Below, in pieces: positions 49,955 to 60,183 of a stretch of 64,000 nucleotides of DNA. A model generated the notes under the pieces. The model searched no databases, had not been told where the DNA came from, and saw only the letters and a list, made by a program, of their open reading frames with translations. Within the stretch, counting starts at the first letter, position 1. Every line of letters starts with the position of its first letter. The stretch spans positions 186,001 to 250,000 of the forward strand of contig NIVC01000164.1 in NCBI GenBank assembly GCA_002269645.1, read 5' to 3'. This DNA comes from Macrostomum lignano (Eukaryota). The position numbers and the translations under genes were made by a program.

Positions 49955-51445
49955 CTAAACAACGCTGACCTCGCCTTCATGACTGGTGGAGCCGGCAGAC
50001 TCGCCATCGCTGCTCGAAGCTTCCGCAGCGTCCTCGGTTGAGAATGGATTCTCTCGTTTGGCCAGTTTGAGCAGCACCCGAGGCGGGTGCAGCAGGTGCA
50101 GAGAGTCCATGTCCACGTAGGATAGGAAGGCGACCACCTCCGCCGGGAAGGTCTGCGCCAGTCTGCGCAGCTTTGCTCCAAAATCCACGCCGCCGATGTT
50201 ACGTCGAACGGCGTTGCGCGCCTGCAGTCTCAGCGACATTGGTCGCTTGTTGAAATCCGAGCAGGCCCGTTGCAACGTCTCCAGATTGTCTTTGAACTCT
50301 TGGCGTCGCTGGGAGTAGCGCTTAGCGTACAGCTTCCTGAGGGAGAGGTTCTCCAGGCTCTCGCTGATCTCTTCGCTTGTTGGATGCGAGCTGCTCAACG
50401 ATAAGAAGTTGATAAGTAGCAGGGCGGCCTCCTGGATGATTGGCGGTAGCTGGATGTTCGACCCGTACTGGTCAAGTCTGGGGTGGCACAGCAGACAGAT
50501 CAGGATGCCGAACCAGTTGTGCGACGAGGACAGAAACTCGAGGCATTCGAACTCGGAAAAGCCGGCTTTGATTAAACTTCTGACTGTGAAGATCTCGGCG
50601 CACGAGTCGTTCTGTTCGGGAATGTCCGGCACCGTGTTGTTCTCGTTGGTGTACTTGGTGAGGTACCAGTTTAGCGAATAGCCTAGCGAATTGAACAATA
50701 TGATAGAATCGATTCTGTGCACGTCGATGCCTCTCAGTAGCAGCTGGGGCAACTGCTGAAAGAAATAATAAAACGTTGACGGCGACGAGTAGCCTACAGC
50801 CGACGAGCTCATTCTTTGCATCTCCTCGCCCAGAAATTCGTAGATCGATCCGAAGTAGTAGTCCAAAGCTGACTGGTAGGTGTAGCGGCCCTTTGTCCAG
50901 AACTTCTTGTAGGGCACCATCGCTGAGCGATTGCTGGACGCCGGCGAGAAGTTCCACCGTTTGCACTGCAAAGGCCTGTTAGGATCGTGACCGTATTTGG
51001 CTAGAATTGGCAGCATCTGCCACTGCTGATTGTCCACTGCCCAGACCACTGGCGAGCACTCTTGGTGAAAGTGTAGAAATGGATCCTGGCTTCTGTTGGT
51101 CCAGGCTAGGAAATTCGGGCTGAGGTGTCGCCTCTTGACCGAGACAACCACCTTGGATGGAGGCACCGCTCGCAGTTTGCGGAGTATCCGCTCCACCGAC
51201 CGAGTATTGCCCAGCTGGATGTGATAAGCCAGTCTCTCTGTTAGCTTCTCAATCGCGTCGGCGTTTACTGGATTCGCTCGACCTGCCGCGCCGCTACCTG
51301 CCCCGGCGCCGGCGCCAAAACAGGCGCCAAACAGGCAGGCAGCGCCGCCGGCAGCGCCTGTACCGCTGCTGACAGTCGATGCCGTGGAATTATTGCTCTT
51401 AGTTGAAGCTCGTTTAGATCGAACTAAGCAGCCTGTTTGCGACAT
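49955..51445 (-). CDS. Intronless ankyrin-like + SOCS-box protein (ASB-like), nested antisense in ACAD10 intron 8
   Basis: 496-aa non-repetitive ORF with host-like codon usage; CSPVVWAVDNQQWQMLPILAKYGHDPN (ankyrin-like); PMSLRLQARNAVRRNIG...FPAEVVAFL (SOCS box). Confidence 0.8.
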   Translation of the reverse strand: MSQTGCLVRSKRASTKSNNSTASTVSSGTGAAGGAACLFGACFGAGAGAGSGAAGRANPVNADAIEKLTERLAYHIQLGNTRSVERILRKLRAVPPSKVVVSVKRRHLSPNFLAWTNRSQDPFLHFHQECSPVVWAVDNQQWQMLPILAKYGHDPNRPLQCKRWNFSPASSNRSAMVPYKKFWTKGRYTYQSALDYYFGSIYEFLGEEMQRMSSSAVGYSSPSTFYYFFQQLPQLLLRGIDVHRIDSIILFNSLGYSLNWYLTKYTNENNTVPDIPEQNDSCAEIFTVRSLIKAGFSEFECLEFLSSSHNWFGILICLLCHPRLDQYGSNIQLPPIIQEAALLLINFLSLSSSHPTSEEISESLENLSLRKLYAKRYSQRRQEFKDNLETLQRACSDFNKRPMSLRLQARNAVRRNIGGVDFGAKLRRLAQTFPAEVVAFLSYVDMDSLHLLHPPRVLLKLAKRENPFSTEDAAEASSSDGESAGSTSHEGEVSVV

Positions 51446-52719
51446 TCTGCACCTCACTAGTTCTGACTGATGTATTCCTTAGCAACCGAAGCTGGACGCA
51501 GTTTGCGTCTAGAACTAATTGGTTCAAGGCTGTTCTATCTCTATGTGTGTAGAGATTTTCTATAGAAAGTATTTTACCGATAGATTGTGAGACGAATCGG
51601 TGGAAAAGATGCGTATATATATATGCAAATTAACTCGTGCATGTGCACACGCCCTTTGGTATACTACATAGTCAGTGTTCGGCCGTCGCTTTCAGAAAAG
51701 TGTAGAGAGAGGGGGGAGAGGAGAGGAGGGGGGAAGGAGGCAAATGGTACATCAAGCCGATAAAAGAGACGACAGGAGAGAAAAAAAAGGATAGAAGGAA
51801 ACGGAGAGAAGAACGCAGGCGCCCACGAGTGCGACAGTAGAGACTGCTGCTGTCGCTGCCGCTAAGCGAATAGAAAAGCGAGCTGCAGACATGGGAGAGG
51901 GCAGAGAGAGAGGGGGAGAGAGCAAATGGTGGGTTGTGTAGGTTCTAATCTGAACAGTCGGCGGGGCAGTGCTGGCTTGTCAGTAGTGCAGGGAAGTGCA
52001 GTAAGAAGGAGAAGGACAGAGATAGATCAATAAAAATCTTTCACTGACGTAGCGGGCCTATTGTACGTTTACGGCGAGTGTACACGCAGCGTTAACTCTC
52101 TCTCTCTCCCTCTCTTGCCCCCCTGGCAGTGCACAACAGCGTCAACCCCAACTCCTGCATAAGAGATGCAAATGATCCTATCCTTTTTCGGCCTTTGAAT
52201 CGACTTGGGGGTGGGAACCTTGTCCAGACCAGTCAGAAACTACTCCTCGGATTTGGGAATGACGTTCTTGTCTTTCTCCTTCCTCTCTTTCTCTCTCGCA
52301 AGGTCGGGCCTAACGGGGGGCACCAGCTTTCTTAATCCTCCTACTCTTACAGTCTCCCTCTCCCCGTCTTTCAGTCTTTTTGAGTTCTATAATTCTGGAC
52401 ACAGGGGGAGATGTTTTATTCAAATAAAATTTCTGTTATCTAGCGTGCCACTTCCGCTTAGCCCTTAACTGACCTGTGTTATAGACTGGTTAGTACTTGT
52501 GTATTAATAATAGTAATGCTTGTACAAATAACTGGTCACGCGGTGTCTTATCTCGGTAGGGCGGTTCAGGGTGGCGTCGGTAGGCTGCACCCCTACCTTT
52601 GTATTTCCGGCTTCAATCTGCTAGGTTTTATATGTTTTATCGCAGCCTGAATATAATTGTGTTGAGTGCTGCCGTACCCGCTGTGCACAGTTCCACCTAG
52701 TCCTATGAGTAATGTAATG

Positions 52720-53670
52720 TATTCTATCCACCATCTACCTGCATTCTATCCGCCCTTCTACCTGCAGTCTATCCACCCTCTACCTGCATTCTATCCGCCC
52801 TTCTACCTGTATTCTATCCGCCCTCTACCTGTATTTTATCCGCCCTTCTACCTGTATTCTATCCACCCCTCTACTTGTATTCTATCCGCCCTCTACCTGT
52901 ATTCTATCCGCCCTTCTACCTGCATTCTATCCACCCTCTACCTGCATTCTATCCGCCCTTCTACCTGTATTCTATCCACCATCTACCTGCATTCTATCCG
53001 CCCTTCTACCTGTATTTTATCCGCCCTTCTACCTGTATTCTATCCACCCCTCTACTTGTATTCTATCCGCCCTCTACCTGTATTCTATCCGCCCCTCTAC
53101 CTGTAGCCTATTCGCCCCTCTACCTGTATTCTATCCGCCCCTCTACTTGTATTCTATCCGCCCTCTACCTGTATTCTATCCGCCCTTCTACTTGTATTCT
53201 ATCCGCCTTTCTACTTGTATTCTATCCACCCTTCTACTTGTATTCTATCCGCCCTTCTACCTGTATTCTATCCGCCCTTCTACCTGTATTCTATCCGACC
53301 TTCTACTTGTATTCTATCCGCCCTTCTACCTGCATTCTATCCACCAATTACATGCTCCCGTCACTCCACCCCAAATCGCCCGTCACTCCACTTCAATTAT
53401 CCTTCACTCCACCCCAATTATCCTTCACTTCACCCCAATTATCCGTCACTCCACCCCAATTATCCTTCACTCCACCCCAATTATCCTTCACTCCACCCCA
53501 ATTATCCGTCACTCCACCCCAATTATCCTTCACTCCACCCCAATTATCCTTCACTCCACCCCAATTATTCTTCACTCCACCCCAATTATCCTTCACTCCA
53601 CCCAATTATCCTTCACTCCACCCCAATTATTCTTCACTCCACCCCAATTATACTTCACTCCACCCCAATT
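52720..53670 (+). repeat. Two adjacent minisatellites (~22-bp ctacctgtattctatccgccc; ~21-bp cactccaccccaattatcctt)
   Basis: The second array ends ~15 nt before the exon 9 acceptor. Confidence 0.9.
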
Positions 53671-53688
53671 TTCTTGTGCCCATTGCAG

Positions 53689-54256
53689 CTGGCCACGCGG
53701 AAGTCCGTTTCGACAATGTCATTGTACCAGCCGAGAATGTTCTTCTAGGCGAAGGTCGCGGATTCGAAATCGCCCAGGGCCGGCTTGGTCCCGGCCGGGT
53801 GCATCACTGCATGCGGCTGATCGGCCATTGCGAGAGAGCAATCGAGCTGGCTTGCCAGAGAGCAGTGTCCCGGGTAGCGTTCGGCAAGCCGCTAGCTGCT
53901 CAAGGCAGTGTTCAGCAGAGCATCGCTTGGAGCCGGGCCCAGCTGGAGGCTGCCCGCCTTCTAGTGCTGAAAACTGCCCACCTGATGGACACCGTTGGCA
54001 ATAAAAAGGCCATGAAAGAGATTGCGCTAATTAAAGTAATGACCCGCGAGTTGCCACGGAGATAATTGATAGGGCTATTCAAATTCACGGCGGAGCCGGA
54101 CTGTCGCTTGACCTGCCTCTGTCTGTGCTGTACACCTGGTCTCGGGTGCTGCGGCTGGCCGATGGACCGGACGAAGTTCATCTAAGGTCAGTCGCCAAAC
54201 TGGAGCTGGCGCCGCACGTGGCTGCGTCGAGTTCGGTGCGCTCGTCTAAGCTTTGA
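53689..54256 (+). CDS. ACAD10: ACAD10 exon 9 (last), with 1-bp deletion at ~54042-54045
   Basis: GHAEVRF...[19 protein letters not shown]; after the shift, [11 protein letters not shown]...[11 protein letters not shown]...SSKL*. Confidence 0.9.
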
Positions 54257-54465
54257 TCTTCAATTTTGCTACTGATTTTGAATTCATTCGTTGACTGTTT
54301 TTTAGTTTTAATTTGGTCTGCTTTTTTGATTTATTGGACCGCACCTTGGTATCAGATAGCTATCCAATCTACATTGTGATGTACAGCCAAGTCTTCGAAA
54401 TGACGGTGAGCAGTGTGTAAACATGGGGCAGCAATAGTCTATGGCCAGCCCTAGCTTAGAAGTTC

Positions 54466-55070
54466 CTTAGAAAAAGTTATGAAGGCTGGTTTTCGCCGAA
54501 AAATACACTACGGATATAGGAACTTTCACTTTTTTCATATTAAAATTGTTATTGCTTTCGATAGGAGGCAGAACCAGTGTTTCATATTTGATATGTTGTG
54601 CCTTTCTTGTAGCTCTATTGATATTTATAACGCTTTTCGTTCAGAAAATCGGGATTCTATGTCAATTTTTTAGTCTACGTACATTTGCTGTTTCTAAAAA
54701 TCATAGAAATGCATGGCACAACTCGAATCTTTGGTTTTCTAAATCTACTTTATCATCTCTGTTACACATATTGTTGCAAAGTCAGCTAAGAATGATAAAA
54801 TTGATTTATAAAACCAATGAGCCATTTTAAAACCATTTTAGGCACAGGACAAATGCAAATGTACGTAGACTAAAAAATTGACATAGAATCCTGATTTTCT
54901 GAACGAAAAGCTTTATGAATATCAATAGAGCTACAAGAAAGGCACAACATATCAAATATGAAACACTGGTTCTGCCTCCTATCGAAAGCAATAGCAATTT
55001 TAATATGAAAAAAGTGAAAGTTCCTATATCCGTGGTGTGTTTTTCGGCGAAAACCTTAACTTTTTCTAAG
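54466..55070. mobile_element. Fold-back element: ~220-bp inverted arms with ~165-bp spacer
   Basis: 54466-54689 is the near-exact reverse complement of 54856-55070; no TSD identified. Confidence 0.8.
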
Positions 55071-55679
55071 AAACGTCGTTTCCCGTCCTTCTACTTGAGT
55101 TGTCCTTGATTCTAGATTGGAGACTTCAGGCTTAGTCCATGAACCATATTTTAGTCTATTGTCCAAACCTGTACTGGGTATGTAATCAGTTTGATCATTG
55201 GAGCTCTTGAAACATAAATATTCGCTGATGGCCTGCGGGGCACCCTGAAGCAATGCCCCTTCGGCGGGGTCGTCCCACAAGCAACGCTGATAGCAATTCT
55301 GCACATGCTCACACAGGGTGTACATCGGTTCTCCTGACTTTCTAATCATCAGGCATGTACACTGTTTGAGTTTCGACCATAGAGTTTGAATTTTCTTATC
55401 TAGCATTATTTTAAAAATTGATACTTTTAAATTTTTTCATCTTCATCGTGGTTTCTTTGCGATAATGTGCCTGATTGATTTTTTTCTCGCTTGAAATGTG
55501 TTTTCTTTGATTATGCGATTTTTGCCTCGATTGAAAAATTAATAAAGATATGCCAAATAAAATTAATAAAATTTAATGAATTCTACTTTTTGTAAGCGAC
55601 TAAATCTTAGCAATTTCGAAATTCTGAACGTAAACGCTTTTTACTGATTTCTATATGCCGATAATAATTATAGATAAGA

Positions 55680-55950
55680 GAAGATGGGAATTACAATGGC
55701 TGCAGACCAATTAGCTTCAGCACCGTAGATGAGAGAAGAGTAGAATTACAATGGCTGCAGACCAATTAGCTTCAGCACCGTAGATAAGAGAAGAGTAGAA
55801 TTACAATGGCTGCAGACCAATTAGCTTCAGCACCGTAGATGAGATAAGAGAGGAATTACAATGCCTGCAGATCAATTAGCTTCAGCACCGTAGATGAGAT
55901 AAGAGAGGAATTACAATGCCTGCAGATCAGTTAGCTTCAGCACCGTAGAT
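55680..55950 (+). repeat. ~55-bp tandem repeat, 5 copies
   Basis: gaattacaatggctgcagaccaattagcttcagcaccgtagat units. Confidence 0.9.
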
Positions 55951-56832
55951 AAAATTGAACTTGCAGTACATGTACTTCAACAACGGGTCAATCTAAAGAA
56001 TTCACTTTACAAGAGCGGGGGACTACAAAGCTTCTAAATTGCACAAAAGTACACACAGAGGCGAGTTTATTAGGTGCATTTTCTTCTAACGGTTCTTTCC
56101 TTTCTGAGCTTTCTGATCAACCAGCTCAGTAGCTTAGTCTTATTTCAGTCGGGTCACAGAGAGGCTGTGTCTAAAAATAGCCGCATCTCGACCGAGCCTC
56201 ATCAAGCAAAGGAAGACTCAGAACTTCTTAAGCGTGTGCTCTACAGCTATGCTCCAGCACTCTACTGGATCCGTTCCTTCCCAGCCTTCCAATCCTTGCT
56301 TAATTCCACTTTTCTCCTTTCCCCCGTTCCTCCCCTCTCTCTCATCGAGATCCCCGGGGGGTGTGACCGCCGCCTCTTGCTAAAAGAGCAAAACGGCGTA
56401 GAGGAGAAGAAAGTGGAAAATAAATTTTCGCTGCCAGTCTGTCTGCGTCTCTTGTGCGCTGCAACTCCTGTAGCTAAGAATAGACACCAGAAGCCTATTT
56501 GTGTAGGAGCTAACTTTGACGAGTGCAGCACATGCATGCCTTTGAATATTGGTAGCCGAAGTAGGCGCTTTTGAATCCGCTAAAATTGGGCTCAGCTGCC
56601 TCGCTGTTGTTATTATCGCTCAGTTACTCGCTCGTAATTCCACCGTGGCTGGGCTATTTTTAGCTGTTTCTGGTCCTGTGTCGATCAGAGTGGCATGGTG
56701 GCAATAAAGGCTTTTTTAGTTATTCTTTGTTTTCTCTAGCGAGGATATGGAAACGCTTCGCTGGAAAGTTGATTTTTTATTTATGGAAGTAATTACAGTT
56801 GGCGTAGGATATTAAAGGCAGGAGTATGTATC

Positions 56833-56929
<97 letters not shown>

Positions 56930-56936
56930 GATAGAT
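56833..56936. repeat. (GATA)n microsatellite; target of the mariner insertion
   Basis: Array directly precedes TA|CGAGGGG. Confidence 0.92.
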
Positions 56937-56938
56937 TA

Positions 56939-58112
56939 CGAGGGGTGATCAAAAAGTTCTGCAACCTTTTGTTATAGCTTTTAGTTATAGAATCGGGAAA
57001 AGCCAAAAACTTACACATATGCAGCTGTATCTGTTTGCTATATTTATATGCATTTTTGGCTTCCAAATGTGCTCCAGTAAAATTTCACAGCCATATATTT
57101 TCCATGTGTTTTCAGTAGCTGATGGAAACAACAAAAGACAGTGTTCGCTTCTATATCTTTATGTGCATGCAACTTGGTTGCAAAGTGACTGAGATTCACA
57201 CCGATCTGGTGAATGTTTTAGCTGACTCTGCTCCATCATTTGACATGGTTGCCCGCTGGCTGCGCCATTTCTTGGAAGGCTGGGACAGCTTCAACGATGA
57301 ACCGAGGTCTGGCTGACCCCGGACATCCGTGACCGAAGATGTCGTGGCCCGTGCCGATGCAATAATTCGTGAGGATTGGAGCATTATGCTAAGATTCATT
57401 GCCTATGAGCTTGGTGTCAGCTGTGGAAGTGCTCATAACATCATGCATGAGCAACTAGGCCGCACAAAGACCTGCGCTCGGTGGGTACCCCATCTTCTCA
57501 CTCCGGAGCAGCAAGCAGAGAGGGTGCGCAACTGTCGCTTGTGGCTGCAAATGTTTGAGCCCCACGGCCCACGACGACTGTCGGATGTCATCACAGGAGA
57601 CGAATGTTGGATCTCCTTCTTTTACCATGAAGGATAAGCAGTCCAACATGGTCTGGCTGGCAGAAGATGAGCCAATGCCTGAGGTGCTGAAGACCGGATT
57701 CCGCAGTCGGAAGCGGATGTTCACCATTTTTTTCAACTCTCAGGGTGTTGTATCGGTAAACATCCTTCCAGCGGGTGCCACAGTGACTGCCAGGTACTAC
57801 ACAGACACTGTTCTGCCAGGAGTGCTGCAGGAGCGGCAGGAATGTGCGCGAACCAGACATGGACCTCGACTCCTGCTGCACCATGACAATGCGGCACCGC
57901 ACAGAGCGGCCTCAACCATGGCGTACCTGGAGCAGCAGGGGGTCCGGCTGCTGCCCCATCCATCCTACTCTCTAGACCTAGCACCTTGCGACTTTTGGCT
58001 GTTCCCGAGGATCAAATCCGTCATTTCTGGGAGGCCGTTTTCACACATGCAAGACCTTGCCCAAGCGGTACATTCAGCTCTACAGGGTATACCAACTTCG
58101 GAGTACCAGGAC
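56939..58112 (+). mobile_element. Mariner (DD34D) transposon, inactive, truncated by the Polinton insertion
   Basis: TA target + TIR-like CGAGGGGTGATCAAAAAGT; transposase from 57122 with WVPHLL, TGDE, HDNA, YSLDLAPCD; premature TGA at 57314 (SG-R-P CGA>TGA) and a frameshift at ~57620. Confidence 0.92.
57122..58112 (+). pseudogene. Mariner transposase pseudogene
   Basis: Three ORF fragments (57122-57316, 57329-57637, 57555-58124) join into one transposase lacking its last ~20 aa. Confidence 0.88.
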
Positions 58113-58384
58113 AGTAGTATATAAAAAGACGCTTCTAGACCCAGAGCACTTTTTTAATGACCGTTTTAAGGGTCTAGAGGGGGGACACGGGGGGGTAAAT
58201 AAAAAAACACATCTAAACACCCTTAACACATCTAATCACCCATAATCACCCCTAACAATAAAAATCACTTCCCAACACTTCCAAACACTCCCCAACACCC
58301 CCCTCGCGTCCCCCCTCTTAAGACCTTACAAACGGTCATTAAAATAAGGTCTGATCTAGAAGCGTCTTTTTCTATACTACTACT
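58113..58384. repeat. Terminal fold-back: ~85-bp imperfect inverted arms (58113-58197 / 58296-58384)
   Basis: AGTAGTATATAAAAAGACGCTTCTAGA... versus ...TCTAGAAGCGTCTTTTTCTATACTACTACT; spacer of ~100 nt has no G on the top strand. Confidence 0.88.
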
Positions 58385-58438
58385 CTATAACCCCTTGCCC
58401 GCGCCGCAGGCGCGAAGGGTCTTTTTCTGTTACTAAAA

Positions 58439-58753
58439 ATGACCCGAGTTTACACCTTTTCTGTTAGTGATACTTTTGAGACTGTTGCTAAAAATGCAGA
58501 GATAATAAAACAACATATTTTGAATGGAATAATTGATGAAGTTTATTTAAAATATGACGACAAGCACGACCTAAAACTTTATCCATTAGAGCTAGATGAG
58601 ATGTATGATTTAGAACAAGAGGGTGAGTTAATATTTCAACTTGGAGATTATTTAAATTCGGATGATTGGGAGGTTAGATCAACAGATTCTGAATCAACAA
58701 ATAGTTCATATGAAACCAGTGAATCAGAGAATGAAAGTGAAATTTTTATGTGA
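58439..58753 (+). CDS. Polinton small acidic protein, unknown function
   Basis: 104-aa ORF with TAAAAATG start; strongly D/E-rich. Confidence 0.7.
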   Translation: MTRVYTFSVSDTFETVAKNAEIIKQHILNGIIDEVYLKYDDKHDLKLYPLELDEMYDLEQEGELIFQLGDYLNSDDWEVRSTDSESTNSSYETSESENESEIFM

Positions 58754-58769
58754 AAAAAATATTTAAAAA

Positions 58770-59024
58770 ATGAACTATTATTCTATAACAGAAACGACAT
58801 TTATTGTGAAAAATATATATAAAAAAATGAAGGTAAATCGAACCCATGGTTCGCGTGCTTTGCACGATTACTCCTACATCGGAAATGTGCCGATTAATGA
58901 ACTTAATGAAAATTTAAGTTTGATAACAGTTGAACAAATGTCAATAATAATATTAGTAACAATTATTGTAATAATATTGTTTTTGTTTGTTATTAAAAAT
59001 TTACTACTATGTTGTCTTAAGTAA
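58770..59024 (+). CDS. Polinton small single-pass membrane protein
   Basis: 84 aa; C-terminal hydrophobic stretch IIILVTIIVIILFLFVI followed by LLLCCLK; TAAAAAATG start. Confidence 0.7.
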   Translation: MNYYSITETTFIVKNIYKKMKVNRTHGSRALHDYSYIGNVPINELNENLSLITVEQMSIIILVTIIVIILFLFVIKNLLLCCLK

Positions 59025-59034
59025 CTGATCGAAC

Positions 59035-60183
59035 TTAGTTTGCAGATAATATCTGATTCTCATAAAACGAACCCAATATTTCTTCACCGTCCTTATCAGC
59101 AATTATATAGGTTGTAGGATTGGTATTTAAAACTTTACTGATAGTAAATTTCTCACTTATCTTCCAATATCCTTTTCTTCCTTTTTCAAACTTATCTTTC
59201 CATTTATAGATATAAACAGAATCACCAACCTTAAAAGATTTCTTTTTATTTTTTTCAAATTTTCCAAAAGTAACTTTAACGTTTTCAGGATTGTTATAAG
59301 CTTGTTGAGGAGTCATCTTTATCGCCGAATGATATGAATTGTTATAATCTTTCACTACGTCTGGTAATATTTTTACCCATTTTTGGTTACCATTAAGACT
59401 AAACTGAAACCATAATTTCTTACCTAAAGTTCTATTAAATCTTTCTATTAATGCGTTTTTACTCTCTCCATAAATAGAATAAATTTTATTAATATACTCC
59501 CCATTCGCGTCTTTTTTCCTTTCTTCTCCTTTTTCAAAATGATATAATTTATACATATGAGGATTGTAAAATTCTTTTCCTTCGTCAACACACAACCTTT
59601 CACTTTTTTCTCCAAGACTTCTAAAAGCAGCAGCAACCTCCTCTCCCTTTTTGGATTTTAAAGGAACAGCCCACGCGTATCGAGTAAAACCATCTAATAT
59701 GGTTAAGATATATTTATATCCTCTTTCGTTCGGCATCGACATTAAATCAGCATACCAAATTTCATTCTTTTTGAAGTTCATGATTTTTCTATAAAATTTC
59801 GGTTTTCGATATTCTTTATGAAGAATCTTTGCCTCATCAGAACTTAACCCACCACCACTTAACAACAAACACTCAACACAATTATTTCCATGTTGATTAT
59901 AATTAATTCCCAAACCAAATTTAACTTTAGACTGCAAGATCTTTTTAACCATCCACCTAGTTAATCTTTGCCCTACCGATAATCCCTGCAAGTTATCTAA
60001 TCCTTGAATCATTTTTTGATCGGCTTCGTGTTTTAATCTTAACGCTTCCTCGGGCGGGTTCTTATCAGCATCTCTGTATGCTAAGTCATGATAGTATGCC
60101 AACCAATCAATTCCATTTATGGGAATTGAATCGGCTTTTGGAGTGTCATCAGGATTTAATCTCAAATCTAAGCGAGTGCCGGG
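59035..60183 (-). CDS. PLA2X-integrase fusion, exon 2 (rest of PLA2 domain + retroviral-type integrase)
   Basis: PGTRLD..PINGIDWLAYYHDLAY (parvo-type PLA2 HD); WYADL / VDEGKEF / ALIERFNRTL (DDE); C-terminal FKVGD..GSFYE typical of Polinton integrases. Confidence 0.92.
   Translation of the reverse strand, partial: PGTRLDLRLNPDDTPKADSIPINGIDWLAYYHDLAYRDADKNPPEEALRLKHEADQKMIQGLDNLQGLSVGQRLTRWMVKKILQSKVKFGLGINYNQHGNNCVECLLLSGGGLSSDEAKILHKEYRKPKFYRKIMNFKKNEIWYADLMSMPNERGYKYILTILDGFTRYAWAVPLKSKKGEEVAAAFRSLGEKSERLCVDEGKEFYNPHMYKLYHFEKGEERKKDANGEYINKIYSIYGESKNALIERFNRTLGKKLWFQFSLNGNQKWVKILPDVVKDYNNSYHSAIKMTPQQAYNNPENVKVTFGKFEKNKKKSFKVGDSVYIYKWKDKFEKGRKGYWKISEKFTISKVLNTNPTTYIIADKDGEEILGSFYENQILSAN

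Noticed and set aside
55056-56574. ORFs 55056-55406, 56074-56574 and 56262-56537
   Set aside because: No recognisable motifs or consistent splice structure.
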